Part shown: piece by piece, positions 1 through 9,853 of the stretch
Position numbering within the stretch: the stretch's first letter is position 1
Layout: every line of letters begins with the position of its first letter
NCBI GenBank assembly: GCA_963676395.1
Contig: OY781066.1
Location: forward strand, 2,208,001-2,272,000
From: a bacterium
Lineage (GTDB): Bacteria > Fidelibacterota > Fidelibacteria > Fidelibacterales > Fidelibacteraceae
Direction: 5' to 3'
Length of the DNA: 64,000 nt
The notes under the pieces: generated by a model
Told to the model about the DNA's origin: nothing
Seen by the model: only the letters and a program-made list of their open reading frames with translations
Databases searched by the model: none
Made by a program: the position numbers and the translations under genes

Positions 1-2748
1 CCTTTACAAGTAGCTTTGGATCTGGCAAATGAGGCTGATTTGCAATTTTACGCTAAATTTGATGTTCTAAAAGCATATTCAAAGGTAAATAAACCTCAAT
101 CTGCTGATCACATTTTCAGTATGAATCCTGAATGGTTTTTAAAAGATGATAAAGGTGAGTATCTGGAATATGATGCCGCCTATTATTTAGATCCGATGAA
201 TCCGGAAGTACTGACGTATCTTAAATCTGAGATCTCATATCTTGTTAGAAACTATTCATTGGATGGTGTGTCCTTTTCATCTTTAACGTATCCCGGAGTT
301 AAAGTACTGGATAGATCAGAGTTTAAAGAACGCTTTAATACTGTAAAAGACTTTATTCAAATGGACGAAAGTCAATTTGCGCGTGAAGGATTGACTTCTT
401 GCCTTGAGGCGTTAAGCACTGAAATTAAAATGCTTAAGCCTTATCTGTTTTTATCTGCAGAAGTTCATCCACTAAAATCTTATGATAAAAGCAAGAAAAA
501 GGAATTCCCCGCGGATAGTTATTATTTGCAAGAGGGTAAAACCTGGTTAGATATGGCATTGGTTGATGCGATCATACCTCTTATTCATCAGCGAAGCAAG
601 AATGCTAATTTTTATTTTAATTATTACACACAGTTAGATGAAGAAGAAAATATTAATGATAATGTTGTATTACCTTCTTTGAGAGGGGATATAGAAGTTT
701 ATCGTGATGCCGATGTGAAAAAAACGGTCGAATATCTTAAAAAGAAAAATGCAAAAGGCATGGTTATTTATTCTGCTTCCGATGCATTAAAAGGTAGGCA
801 GATTTTCGAAACTCCTGCGGATCTTCCATATATGGCAAGAACTCATACCTTTGCCTCTGCAATTCAATTGGACATGAGTGGTCAAGATCTACCCGGAGGT
901 ATTGTAAAAAGCGAAGATGATAATCGATGTCATTTTGCTGATAAACAGGGACTTGTAGAAATTATAGTGAAAGAAAAACCTCGGACATTGAAATTGCAAA
1001 GTATGAAGCTTAAAATGCGCTTTAATACTCGCTCATGGGTAAAACCCTATCGATATGATCTGATGTCAAACAAAAGAGTTCAAAGACCGGAAAAGTTCAT
1101 TGAACTTCGTCGGGCTCCCGCTTTTATCAATACGGATTCGAGTTATGCTTTCTTGTTTAAGGCAAGTGAAGGAGTAACGTCCATCAATAATGAGGTGATT
1201 ATTCCATATTCCAATACCCGGATCTTTTGGAAAGATATAGCTATGAAACCTTTCGGTTACAGTACAAAAGTCCGTGGTACGCTTGTTAGCGATAATGAGA
1301 CCTTATTCTACGAAGATATATTTATGGGAAATTTTCCGGATACCACAACCAAACATCCCGTTGTATTAACTTCTGTCTCGCCCATGGACACAGTGCTTTT
1401 ACCTCCCGATGATCATTTAAGGATATCGTTTAATTCTATGATGCCGGATGAATTGGATACGGTTCTCCTGTATGCCAATGGAATCATCTATCCGTGTGAA
1501 TTTAACGGTAAAAAATATATAGCAGAAATTCCATGTGCACCGTTTGAAGTTAATTCTAAGGTTTTCTTACAAGTGGCAGCAAGGGATATATATGGAAACG
1601 ATTATGCTTATAATCTCCCTACGGCAATTAAGATCACCGCAAGAGAAGATTTCCCTGTCCTTGAAAGTATTGCGGATTTTTCTCAAGTTTCTTATTCATT
1701 GGGTGAGGTTAGATTGGGCGGTCCTTACATGAGTGAGTTCCCACCGGGTGTTCGTTTCCGTTGTGATGGTAAATTTGGTTCGACTTACAGACTAAAGCTT
1801 TCTAACAGTGAATACGGTTATATACCCGAAAATGAGGTGAAAGAATTACCGGTAGGTACACCTATACCACATTTTAATCTATATAACTTGCATGTAAAAC
1901 CGGATAGTATGAAGGATGTCCTGACGATTCCTTGGCTAGAACCTGTACCATACGCAATCCTTCCACAACCTGAACTTAACAGGTTGAGAATTAGATTGTT
2001 TGGTGTACAGTCTAATTCAACTTGGTTAACTCATGTAAAAGGTCTTGAGGTGATTGATCATGTAACTTGGGAACAGGTCAATTCAGAAACCTATGATATT
2101 TACGTTTACTTACAGGACAATGATATTTGGGGGTATGATCTTAAGCAAGGCGAACGTTATTTGAGTTTATCCGTTAAATATCCTCCGCTTAAAAAAACGC
2201 TATCTATCGCGGTTGAAGCCGGTCATGGTGGACCTTGGAATTGGGGCGCTGTTGGTTTGTCCGGATTAAAAGAGAAAGATATAAATCTTGATACGGCGGA
2301 AAAACTGGTTGAACTTTTGCGTAGTATGGGATATGAAGTTACTCAGATACGCGAAGGTGATGAAGACATCGGTCTAAGAGACAGATGGTTGCAGGTAGAA
2401 GAACTTGATCCGGATCTATTTGTGTCTATTCATGCCAATGCTGCGGGTGGACATTATTTAAGAGTTGCCGGTACCAGTACTTACTATCATAATCCTTTCT
2501 GGCGTTCTATCACTGAACAGGCCTATGATAAGCTACTTGAGATAGATCTTGAGGAATTTGGGGTAGTGGGATCATTTAATTATATGATGTGTCGTATGAG
2601 CAATAGACCGGCATTTTTGGTTGAGCAAGCGTTTATGAGCCATGCCGAAGATGAAAACAAATTGGCTGATCCCGAATTTAGATATCAGATAGCCGAACGT
2701 GTTGCGGTAGCTATTGATGAATATCTAAACGAGAAATTAGCAAGATAA
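1..2748 (+). CDS. 5'-partial GHL10-like domain plus C-terminal N-acetylmuramoyl-L-alanine amidase (Amidase_3)
   Basis: Frame is open from base 1. N-part YLDPMNPEV...NYSLDG resembles GHL10. C-terminus has Amidase_3 motifs VEAGHGG, EKDINL, SIHANA, VEQAFMSH. Confidence 0.75.
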   Translation, partial: PLQVALDLANEADLQFYAKFDVLKAYSKVNKPQSADHIFSMNPEWFLKDDKGEYLEYDAAYYLDPMNPEVLTYLKSEISYLVRNYSLDGVSFSSLTYPGVKVLDRSEFKERFNTVKDFIQMDESQFAREGLTSCLEALSTEIKMLKPYLFLSAEVHPLKSYDKSKKKEFPADSYYLQEGKTWLDMALVDAIIPLIHQRSKNANFYFNYYTQLDEEENINDNVVLPSLRGDIEVYRDADVKKTVEYLKKKNAKGMVIYSASDALKGRQIFETPADLPYMARTHTFASAIQLDMSGQDLPGGIVKSEDDNRCHFADKQGLVEIIVKEKPRTLKLQSMKLKMRFNTRSWVKPYRYDLMSNKRVQRPEKFIELRRAPAFINTDSSYAFLFKASEGVTSINNEVIIPYSNTRIFWKDIAMKPFGYSTKVRGTLVSDNETLFYEDIFMGNFPDTTTKHPVVLTSVSPMDTVLLPPDDHLRISFNSMMPDELDTVLLYANGIIYPCEFNGKKYIAEIPCAPFEVNSKVFLQVAARDIYGNDYAYNLPTAIKITAREDFPVLESIADFSQVSYSLGEVRLGGPYMSEFPPGVRFRCDGKFGSTYRLKLSNSEYGYIPENEVKELPVGTPIPHFNLYNLHVKPDSMKDVLTIPWLEPVPYAILPQPELNRLRIRLFGVQSNSTWLTHVKGLEVIDHVTWEQVNSETYDIYVYLQDNDIWGYDLKQGERYLSLSVKYPPLKKTLSIAVEAGHGGPWNWGAVGLSGLKEKDINLDTAEKLVELLRSMGYEVTQIREGDEDIGLRDRWLQVEELDPDLFVSIHANAAGGHYLRVAGTSTYYHNPFWRSITEQAYDKLLEIDLEEFGVVGSFNYMMCRMSNRPAFLVEQAFMSHAEDENKLADPEFRYQIAERVAVAIDEYLNEKLAR

Positions 2749-2754
2749 AATATA

Positions 2755-2781
2755 TAGGGGCACAGAATTTGATGCCTCTAC
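2755..2781. repeat. GTAG-type REP-like palindrome
   Basis: taggggca...tgcctctac imperfect inverted repeat between convergent genes; same family as 14942, 16464, 18883. Confidence 0.6.
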
Positions 2782-2853
2782 GTTGATATTATTTATTATA
2801 TAGCATTACGCTTAGATGTGATGCGAATGGTTATTGTCACTCTATGGCTTGTT

Positions 2854-5142
2854 CTATCTCAGTAACAAGCCTTTTTCTTTCTCACTCAATTGCTTATCTT
2901 TTTTAATTGCTTTCATTAATGTCTCTCTCTCTTTTTGCATGCCGGAATTTTTATAGAGAAGTGAAAGTAAATAATATGAGTTGAAGTCTTGGGTGTCTAT
3001 TTCCTCCAGAACTTTAATCGCCATATTACTTTGACCTTGTTCGCTCAGGTAGTAAGCGTAGGTGTAAGCGTACTTTAGTGATGGAGTAAATTCGTAAGCT
3101 GCTTTAGCGTATTTAAGTGTGCTATCCGTATTGATTGTATTATAGAGGATAGCCAGATTATATGCAGCTATGGGTGATGAACTTAACTTCATTGCTATGT
3201 GTAAATTTTCAATAGCTTCTTCGGTATAAGCTAATTCTGCATAGAGTAGGCCAAGATTTTGGTAGGGAGCCGCCTCAATGGGTTTTTGCTTGATCGCTTC
3301 TTGTAAAAAGTATAATGATGAGTCAATTTGACCTCGCTCATAATAGATCATACCTAGGTTATTTGAAGCCTGACTCAATTCGGGCCTTAATCGTAAAGCA
3401 TTTTTATATGCATGGATTGCCGCCTTGGGTTTGCTTTGCATTTCGTGAAATTGCCCAAGATTAAAATGAGAGCTTTCTTCGGCAGGGTATGCCGTTAAAC
3501 TCTTTTTATATTCATCAAGCGCTTTTATAAAGGATAAGCGATATTGCTCAGGAATATCTTCTGTTTTTAGATCTGATATTTCTGCTACTGCGCGAATTCT
3601 TACTAATCTTACGCTATCCTGTGTCGCTTTAATTAAGGCCTCGTCTATAGCATTGTCTCTATATTTTCCTAAGCCACTTGCTGCTGATGAGCGAATAAGG
3701 GGAGAGTTGTGTTGCAAGAAATGGTAAAGTAAAGTAGAGATGCTTTCACTGTATACATTATCCAAAGCCCGGATCATCGATGCCAAACTGAAATCATCCA
3801 TGGGTTTAAGCATGTAGGGCAGGATTTCGTCAAGTTTCGTATCGATCCCGCAACGCAGTTGATCCAGATAATTTGCATATTCAATACTTGCATCTTGCCA
3901 TTCGCTCGAAAAATGCTCTCTAATGAACGAATCCGCCCATTCGGGACTCTTAGACGTATGGCAGTCATTACAGGCGTTAGGAGAGTCGTATGAGGCTGTG
4001 AGCATCGGTACGGGTGGTCTCATGCTGTGATCTGAGCGATCCATGCGAGCAAAAGTGGTTTTTGGCATGTGGCAGGCAATACACTTGTTTCCGAGAGACC
4101 CTTCCGGGTGCTGTGTGTGTTCACTCGCGTTTGCAACGCGATCAGCATGGCAAGGCAGGCAGGAAGTATTTGGATTATTTTTTTGTCTGAATCTTCCACT
4201 GGAGGTATGGCAATGCAAACAATCCATGCGTTCGTCATCGCGACATGGTGACATAAGCCAGGTGCCAAATGTATAATTTTCACCAAGATCGCGTGCATCG
4301 GGATAGTAATCGCCATTCTCAGCACAAATAAGATCAAAATGTTGAAAATAATCTTCCCCCGGAATATATCGATCTGTAATCCGAATCGATTTTGCGTGAC
4401 AGTACAAGCAGGATGCATCCACAATATCGCGATCGTATCCGCGTGATCGCGTGAATGTTTGCAAGTAAGTGGAGTCGGGGATAGTCTTGGTCTTTGCGGC
4501 TTTTAAGAATTCAGTATTATGCCTTTCTGCCGGACCGTGGCAGGTTTCACAATTGATCCCGGGTTCTAACCACGTGGTATTGTAAGAATCGTTTGCCAGA
4601 TTATATTCATTGTTAATTTGACTTACGTGACAGTCGTAACATGCTGTATTAAAGGTATATCTGCGATCCTTCCAATGTAGTGATGTGTCAAAATGATGCT
4701 GATGGACCCTCATACTTGACCCGGTAATATCAAACCATTCCTTTGCTTTTATATCGTATCCCAGTGGCAGGGTTTGCCATTTTCCTTTGTCTAGAGGTGT
4801 TAAAAAATAGTAGACGTATTTGCCTCCAAGTACAAGTTCCAAAGGGTAATTATTTCCGGATGATCTTTCGTTCATAAATGCTTGCATACGATCTATCGTA
4901 ATGGAATAGTATTCACCGGCGATCTTAAATGTATCCGGACAGGTTTGAATATTTTTAGTCAGAAAATCTTTGTCGACCTCCATCATGGCTCGTCCATGAA
5001 ATGAACTTTCCCATAATTGATAGAAGTGTTCATGGCATTCACGGCAAGAACGAGATCCCATATAGGCATTTTCATCCTTTTTTGTGCAAGAAATCAAAAG
5101 CGCAAGGCAAATAAAACAGATTTTCAGGAAGTGTTTATTCAT
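2854..5142 (-). CDS. Multiheme (8 CxxCH) cytochrome c lipoprotein with HEAT-like and TPR repeats
   Basis: Lipobox-like LISC. CRECH, CYDCH, CETCH, CLYCH, CLHCH, CLPCH, CIACH, CNDCH. C-terminal TPR-type repeats (HFNLG, SNNLG, YQNLG). Confidence 0.85.
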   Translation of the reverse strand: MNKHFLKICFICLALLISCTKKDENAYMGSRSCRECHEHFYQLWESSFHGRAMMEVDKDFLTKNIQTCPDTFKIAGEYYSITIDRMQAFMNERSSGNNYPLELVLGGKYVYYFLTPLDKGKWQTLPLGYDIKAKEWFDITGSSMRVHQHHFDTSLHWKDRRYTFNTACYDCHVSQINNEYNLANDSYNTTWLEPGINCETCHGPAERHNTEFLKAAKTKTIPDSTYLQTFTRSRGYDRDIVDASCLYCHAKSIRITDRYIPGEDYFQHFDLICAENGDYYPDARDLGENYTFGTWLMSPCRDDERMDCLHCHTSSGRFRQKNNPNTSCLPCHADRVANASEHTQHPEGSLGNKCIACHMPKTTFARMDRSDHSMRPPVPMLTASYDSPNACNDCHTSKSPEWADSFIREHFSSEWQDASIEYANYLDQLRCGIDTKLDEILPYMLKPMDDFSLASMIRALDNVYSESISTLLYHFLQHNSPLIRSSAASGLGKYRDNAIDEALIKATQDSVRLVRIRAVAEISDLKTEDIPEQYRLSFIKALDEYKKSLTAYPAEESSHFNLGQFHEMQSKPKAAIHAYKNALRLRPELSQASNNLGMIYYERGQIDSSLYFLQEAIKQKPIEAAPYQNLGLLYAELAYTEEAIENLHIAMKLSSSPIAAYNLAILYNTINTDSTLKYAKAAYEFTPSLKYAYTYAYYLSEQGQSNMAIKVLEEIDTQDFNSYYLLSLLYKNSGMQKERETLMKAIKKDKQLSEKEKGLLLR

Positions 5143-5334
5143 TGTGAAGCAATATAAATGCTTTATGGCATAAAATCAACAAGCATAGGGTAACAATTGA
5201 GAATTGATAACTGACAATATTTTGAGAAAATCACAAATTATCATTCACATATATTGATTAATTTTAATTGTAGCTAAAATAATAGCGGGGCTCAAGAATA
5301 TTAGCATTATTAAAATAATGTTAATAGCATGACA

Positions 5335-5733
5335 TCATAAATTTCCCAATGAAAGATCTCCAACGATCTTTAGCATATTTCCATCTTTTTCAACCTTAAG
5401 GTCTTTTCCGGGAAATGCTTTTGGGAGCCTTAGGTTAAGCTCCTTAACTGCCACATTTTCAATTTCTTCTATGATATGAGTTGGGACATTATCAAGGGTC
5501 TTAAGATCAATATCGACAATATAACCACGTCCTTTTTTGGAACCAAGTCCCAGGGTGAAATCACCTCGAATATCAAAGAGTCCATCATGTGAGCGGTTGA
5601 GTGTTGAACCATGTTTTCTTCGTGCAGGATGAAGTTCGTATTTATCGCCATATTCCTTTTCAAGCAGGATATCAATTTCATCTAAAACGGATTTAAGTTT
5701 CTTTTCCCAGGCGATTAGATTCGGATGTCTCAT
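5335..5733 (-). CDS. Hypothetical protein, coupled to the DUF1015 gene
   Basis: 132-aa ORF starting immediately after the upstream stop codon. Confidence 0.7.
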   Translation of the reverse strand: MRHPNLIAWEKKLKSVLDEIDILLEKEYGDKYELHPARRKHGSTLNRSHDGLFDIRGDFTLGLGSKKGRGYIVDIDLKTLDNVPTHIIEEIENVAVKELNLRLPKAFPGKDLKVEKDGNMLKIVGDLSLGNL

Positions 5734-6981
5734 TTAGTCTTCCAGCGAGTGGACAAAAAGTCCTGACCTCAGTTTCGGTTCAAACCATGTTGTTTTAGGA
5801 GGCATTAGGGCATTGGAGTCTGCAACTTTCATCAATTGGTCAATACTGATGGGATGCATAGCAAAGGCCAGAGCCATTTCACCGGAGTCAACGCGTTTTT
5901 CAAGTTCTTCGAGACCGCGATTACCACCGACAAAATCAATGCGTTTGTCTTTACGAAGATTTTCAATACCAAGAATGGGAGAAAGTACCAGTCGAGTCAA
6001 TAATGCCGAATCCATGCTTTCTACCGGATCGTCTAAGTTGAAATTCTCCGTTTTCAACGCTAATTTATACCAATTTCCATCAAGATACATAGCGAAATTA
6101 TGTTCTTTTCTTGGTTTGGCTGAATCTTTGCAACAGGTTTTTAGAACATTAAAATCTTTATTTAACAATTCCAGCAGTTCTTCTTTTTTTAATCCGTTAA
6201 GATCTTTTACTATACGGTTATAATCAATGATCTTTAACTGTTTTGCGGGGAAGAATACGGCCATAAACCAATTGTATTCTTCATTACCCGTATGATTTGG
6301 GTTTGCATCTCGACGCATTTTACCTACCATGGCTGATGCTTTGGAGCGATGATGACCGTCGGCAACATAAACTTGTTCGATTTGTTCGAATTTGGTTTTT
6401 AACTCATTTATAATGTTTGGGTCATTTAGCAACCAAAGTTTGTGTTCAACGCCATCTTGGCTTGTAAAATTATATTCAGGTTCAACCTGTGTCTGATCTT
6501 CGATCAGGAGATCAATACTGCGATCATCCGGATAGGTGAAAAATACGGGCCCCGTATGAGCATTAACAATATCAATATGATTAATTCTGTCTTTTTCCTT
6601 ATCTTCACGCGTCAGTTCATGGATCTTAATTTTTCCTTCCAGGTAGTCATCGATGTGTTCAACAGCAATTAAGCCGGTCTGAGCACGACCATCCAAAATT
6701 TGTCTGTAGATATACATGACATTACTTTGATCTTGAACCATATGTTTTTTTCGGAATTTTTTTAGATTGTCTGCAGCTTTTACATATACTTTATGATCAT
6801 ATAGGTTTGTTTTTTGGGGAAGATCTACCTCAGATTTTACAACATGTAAAAAAGAATAGGGTTCTACCTTAACAAGAATACGGGCTTCGTCCGAATTGAT
6901 AACATCGTAGGGTGGTGAAGCAATATGTGACGCTAATTCTTTTTTTGGACGAATACCTTTAAAACCTTTTATCCTGACCAT
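5734..6981 (-). CDS. DUF1015 family protein
   Basis: PPYDVI, HELTR, YVADGHHR, MPPKTTWFEPKLRSGL. Start moved to ATG 6981 behind a GGAGG RBS. Confidence 0.9.
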   Translation of the reverse strand: MVRIKGFKGIRPKKELASHIASPPYDVINSDEARILVKVEPYSFLHVVKSEVDLPQKTNLYDHKVYVKAADNLKKFRKKHMVQDQSNVMYIYRQILDGRAQTGLIAVEHIDDYLEGKIKIHELTREDKEKDRINHIDIVNAHTGPVFFTYPDDRSIDLLIEDQTQVEPEYNFTSQDGVEHKLWLLNDPNIINELKTKFEQIEQVYVADGHHRSKASAMVGKMRRDANPNHTGNEEYNWFMAVFFPAKQLKIIDYNRIVKDLNGLKKEELLELLNKDFNVLKTCCKDSAKPRKEHNFAMYLDGNWYKLALKTENFNLDDPVESMDSALLTRLVLSPILGIENLRKDKRIDFVGGNRGLEELEKRVDSGEMALAFAMHPISIDQLMKVADSNALMPPKTTWFEPKLRSGLFVHSLED

Positions 6982-7359
6982 GCAGACCTCCATTATGAAT
7001 AATTAAAGCTAAAATTAATTCAAATAGCCGATATAATCAATAATAAACGAATGAAATACAGTGGATTATGAAGAATTACGAGTATTAGATAAAAATATAT
7101 ATTAAGGCAAGAAAAGTGTATTGTAGGGAGAAATTACCGGGTAAAAATTTGATAAAAATTGTGTTTAAACGATGAATTGTAAAATAGGATAACTCAATTA
7201 TCCTGCCGATCAAGTCTGGGAGTTGGCTTTAAAAAAAATAAGTGAGGGTAAACACAGGGCGAAATGTTTTTGCTTTTACCACGGTTTTGCTTAACAAAGC
7301 AAGCTTAAGAAGGCATGGTAATTCATGAAGTAATAATTTATCAACAATAGCAATATAAA

Positions 7360-7386
7360 AAGAAAACCCCAACCAAGGGTTGGGGT
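7360..7386 (-). terminator. Rho-independent terminator after serA
   Basis: accccaacc-aag-ggttggggt hairpin with a U-rich tail on the minus strand. Confidence 0.75.
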
Positions 7387-7431
7387 ATATAATATCAATT
7401 AAGCCATTTGTCTTCGTTGTTCTGGCTTCTA

Positions 7432-8322
7432 TTAACCTTTAAGAGCAGCTACGATCTTTTCAGCGATCTCTGTACCAACACGTTCCTGAGCTTCTGCAGT
7501 TGATGCGCCTACGTGAGGTGTTACAGATACATTGGGGTGTGAGGTCAGTTCAAAGTTTTTCGTAGGTTCTTCGGCATATACATCAATACCGGCACCGGCA
7601 ACTTTACCGCTGTTAAGCGCTTCAAGAAGAGCGGCTTCGTCAACCACACCACCACGTGCACAGTTAATAAGGTAAACACCGTCTTTCATTTTGGCTAATT
7701 CTGCAGCACCAATAACAGGTTCAGCCTGTTTCGGGACATGGAGAGAAATAAAATCAGCTTTTGCAAGAACATCGTCCAAAGAGACCATGTCTATACCAGC
7801 TGCTTCTTTTACAAAAGGATCGTAACCGATGACTTTCATGCCTATAGCATTGGCTATACCGGCTGTTAATTGACCGATCTTGCCACAACCGACAAGACCA
7901 AGGGTTTTACCATTTAGCTCAATACCTTTGTACTGTTTTTTATTCCATTCTTGATTACGCATGCTAACATTTGATTTATTGAGAAAACGAGCCAAAGTGA
8001 ACATATGTGCAATTGCAAGTTCGGCAACAGAATAGGAATTGGCAGCAGGAGTATTAAGAGTAGGGATACCCTTAGTTTTTGCATACTGATGATCAATATT
8101 GTCAATGCCTGCACCGCCACGAGCGATACATACCAGTTTTTCACCGGCATCAATGACTTCTTTGGGAACTTTAGTCGCAGATCGGACCAAAATGCATTCA
8201 AAATCTTTGATTTTTTCTACCAGTTCTTCCGGGGAATAATGCTCGTTCACACATTCAATACCGGCGCTTTCGAGGATCTCCTGGCCTTTTTTACTTAGAC
8301 CGTCAGAAATCAATACTTTCAT
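7432..8322 (-). CDS. serA: D-3-phosphoglycerate dehydrogenase, short form without ACT domain
   Basis: VRSATKV, RGGAGIDNID, GCGKIG, INCARGG, EEP, TPHVGAST; lies between serB and DUF1015. Confidence 0.85.
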   Translation of the reverse strand: MKVLISDGLSKKGQEILESAGIECVNEHYSPEELVEKIKDFECILVRSATKVPKEVIDAGEKLVCIARGGAGIDNIDHQYAKTKGIPTLNTPAANSYSVAELAIAHMFTLARFLNKSNVSMRNQEWNKKQYKGIELNGKTLGLVGCGKIGQLTAGIANAIGMKVIGYDPFVKEAAGIDMVSLDDVLAKADFISLHVPKQAEPVIGAAELAKMKDGVYLINCARGGVVDEAALLEALNSGKVAGAGIDVYAEEPTKNFELTSHPNVSVTPHVGASTAEAQERVGTEIAEKIVAALKG

Positions 8323-8505
8323 CCTATTCTCCTTTAAAAATTAAGAGTTGAGGGTTAAAACCCTAATTATTGTCATTTATTATTACAATTTAAATATAAA
8401 TAATCAAAAAACCACTTTTTAAATTTAATAAAAAATTATTAGATTAGGGTGCTTTTTTTACAGATGTGGGAAATAATTGATCTAAAGTGAGTCACAGGAG
8501 GAAAC

Positions 8506-9726
8506 GTGGTACAAAAAGAGATATTGTTATTAACGATTAATGGGGAAGACAAGCCGGGATTAACCAGCAGCATTACAGAGGTTTTGTCTGAATACAATGC
8601 GAATATCTTGGACATTGGTCAGGCAGTTATCCATAATTCCCTGAGTTTGGGCATTCTTGTTGAAGTGGATAGTCAAAATACGTCCAATATTCTCAAGGAT
8701 GTTCTGTATAAATCTTACGATCTGGATATTAAGGTGCGTTTTTCGCCTATTAGCGACGAGCAGTACTCCGAGTGGGTTAACAAACAAGCGAAGGGTCGTT
8801 ATATTATTACTATGTTCTCACGTAAGATCGCAGCAGAACATATTTCAAAGATCACTCATATTATTTATAAACAGGGCTTGAATATTGATCTCATTAACCG
8901 TCTTACCGGTCGTATGCCCATTAATGGTGATAAAAAACCAAGTAAAGCTTGCGTTGAATTTTCTGTACGCGGTAAACCGAAAAACGAAAAGAAGATGAAA
9001 GATGAGTTTTTCGAATTAGCTAACAACTCCGAAGTTGATATAGCTTTTCAGCGAGATGATGTGTACCGAAAAAACCGGAGGTTGGTTTGCTTCGATATGG
9101 ACTCAACCCTGATCCAGGCGGAATGTATTGTAGAACTTGCCAAGAAGCATGGTGTGGGTGACAAAGTGCATGAAATCACCGAAGCAGCTATGCGAGGTGA
9201 ATTGGATTTTAACCAGAGTTTTAAGAAACGTGTTGGTTTGTTAAAAGGTTTAGATGAATCCGTGATGCGAGAGATCGCTGAAAATCTTCCAATAACCGAA
9301 GGTGCTGAGCGATTGATCTCGACTTTAAAAGATCTTGGTTATAAGGTTGCGGTTCTTTCGGGTGGATTTATGTATTTTGGAAATTACCTGCAGAAAAAAC
9401 TGGGTATCGACTATGTATATGCCAATGATCTTGAAATTGGCGAAGACGGGAAATTGACCGGAAAACACCTGGGCGAGATCGTTAATGGTGAAAAGAAAGC
9501 CCAACTCATGAAACTTTTGGCTCAAGTGGAAGGCATTAAAATGGAACAGGTGATCGCCGTTGGTGACGGTGCCAATGATCTTCCTATGATCAATGCTGCC
9601 GGTTTGGGTGTGGCTTTTCATGCAAAACCTCTGGTAAAGGAAAGTGCTTCGCACTCTATTTCGACCATTGGTTTGGATGGGATATTGTATTTGCTGGGAT
9701 ATAGGGATAGACACCTGAAAAAGTGA
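8506..9726 (+). CDS. serB: Phosphoserine phosphatase with two ACT domains
   Basis: GEDKPG ACT start, HAD motif FDMDSTL, GDGANDLPM; GGAGG RBS before GTG. Confidence 0.95.
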   Translation: MVQKEILLLTINGEDKPGLTSSITEVLSEYNANILDIGQAVIHNSLSLGILVEVDSQNTSNILKDVLYKSYDLDIKVRFSPISDEQYSEWVNKQAKGRYIITMFSRKIAAEHISKITHIIYKQGLNIDLINRLTGRMPINGDKKPSKACVEFSVRGKPKNEKKMKDEFFELANNSEVDIAFQRDDVYRKNRRLVCFDMDSTLIQAECIVELAKKHGVGDKVHEITEAAMRGELDFNQSFKKRVGLLKGLDESVMREIAENLPITEGAERLISTLKDLGYKVAVLSGGFMYFGNYLQKKLGIDYVYANDLEIGEDGKLTGKHLGEIVNGEKKAQLMKLLAQVEGIKMEQVIAVGDGANDLPMINAAGLGVAFHAKPLVKESASHSISTIGLDGILYLLGYRDRHLKK

Positions 9727-9766
9727 ACTGTGAGTGGTAAACTGTAAGTAGACGTGAATAGTGAAA
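9722..9766 (+). repeat. Degenerate heptamer array (RGTRARY) overlapping the serB stop
   Basis: agtgaac tgtgagt ggtaaac tgtaagt; an inverted copy lies at about 9838-9865. Confidence 0.7.
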
Positions 9767-9853
9767 GGTTTAATTACCGTTTATTCTTTTCTTAAAGAAA
9801 TTGATCAAGCCTGATAATAATCTTTTAAATTGAATACAATCACTGTTTACTAC

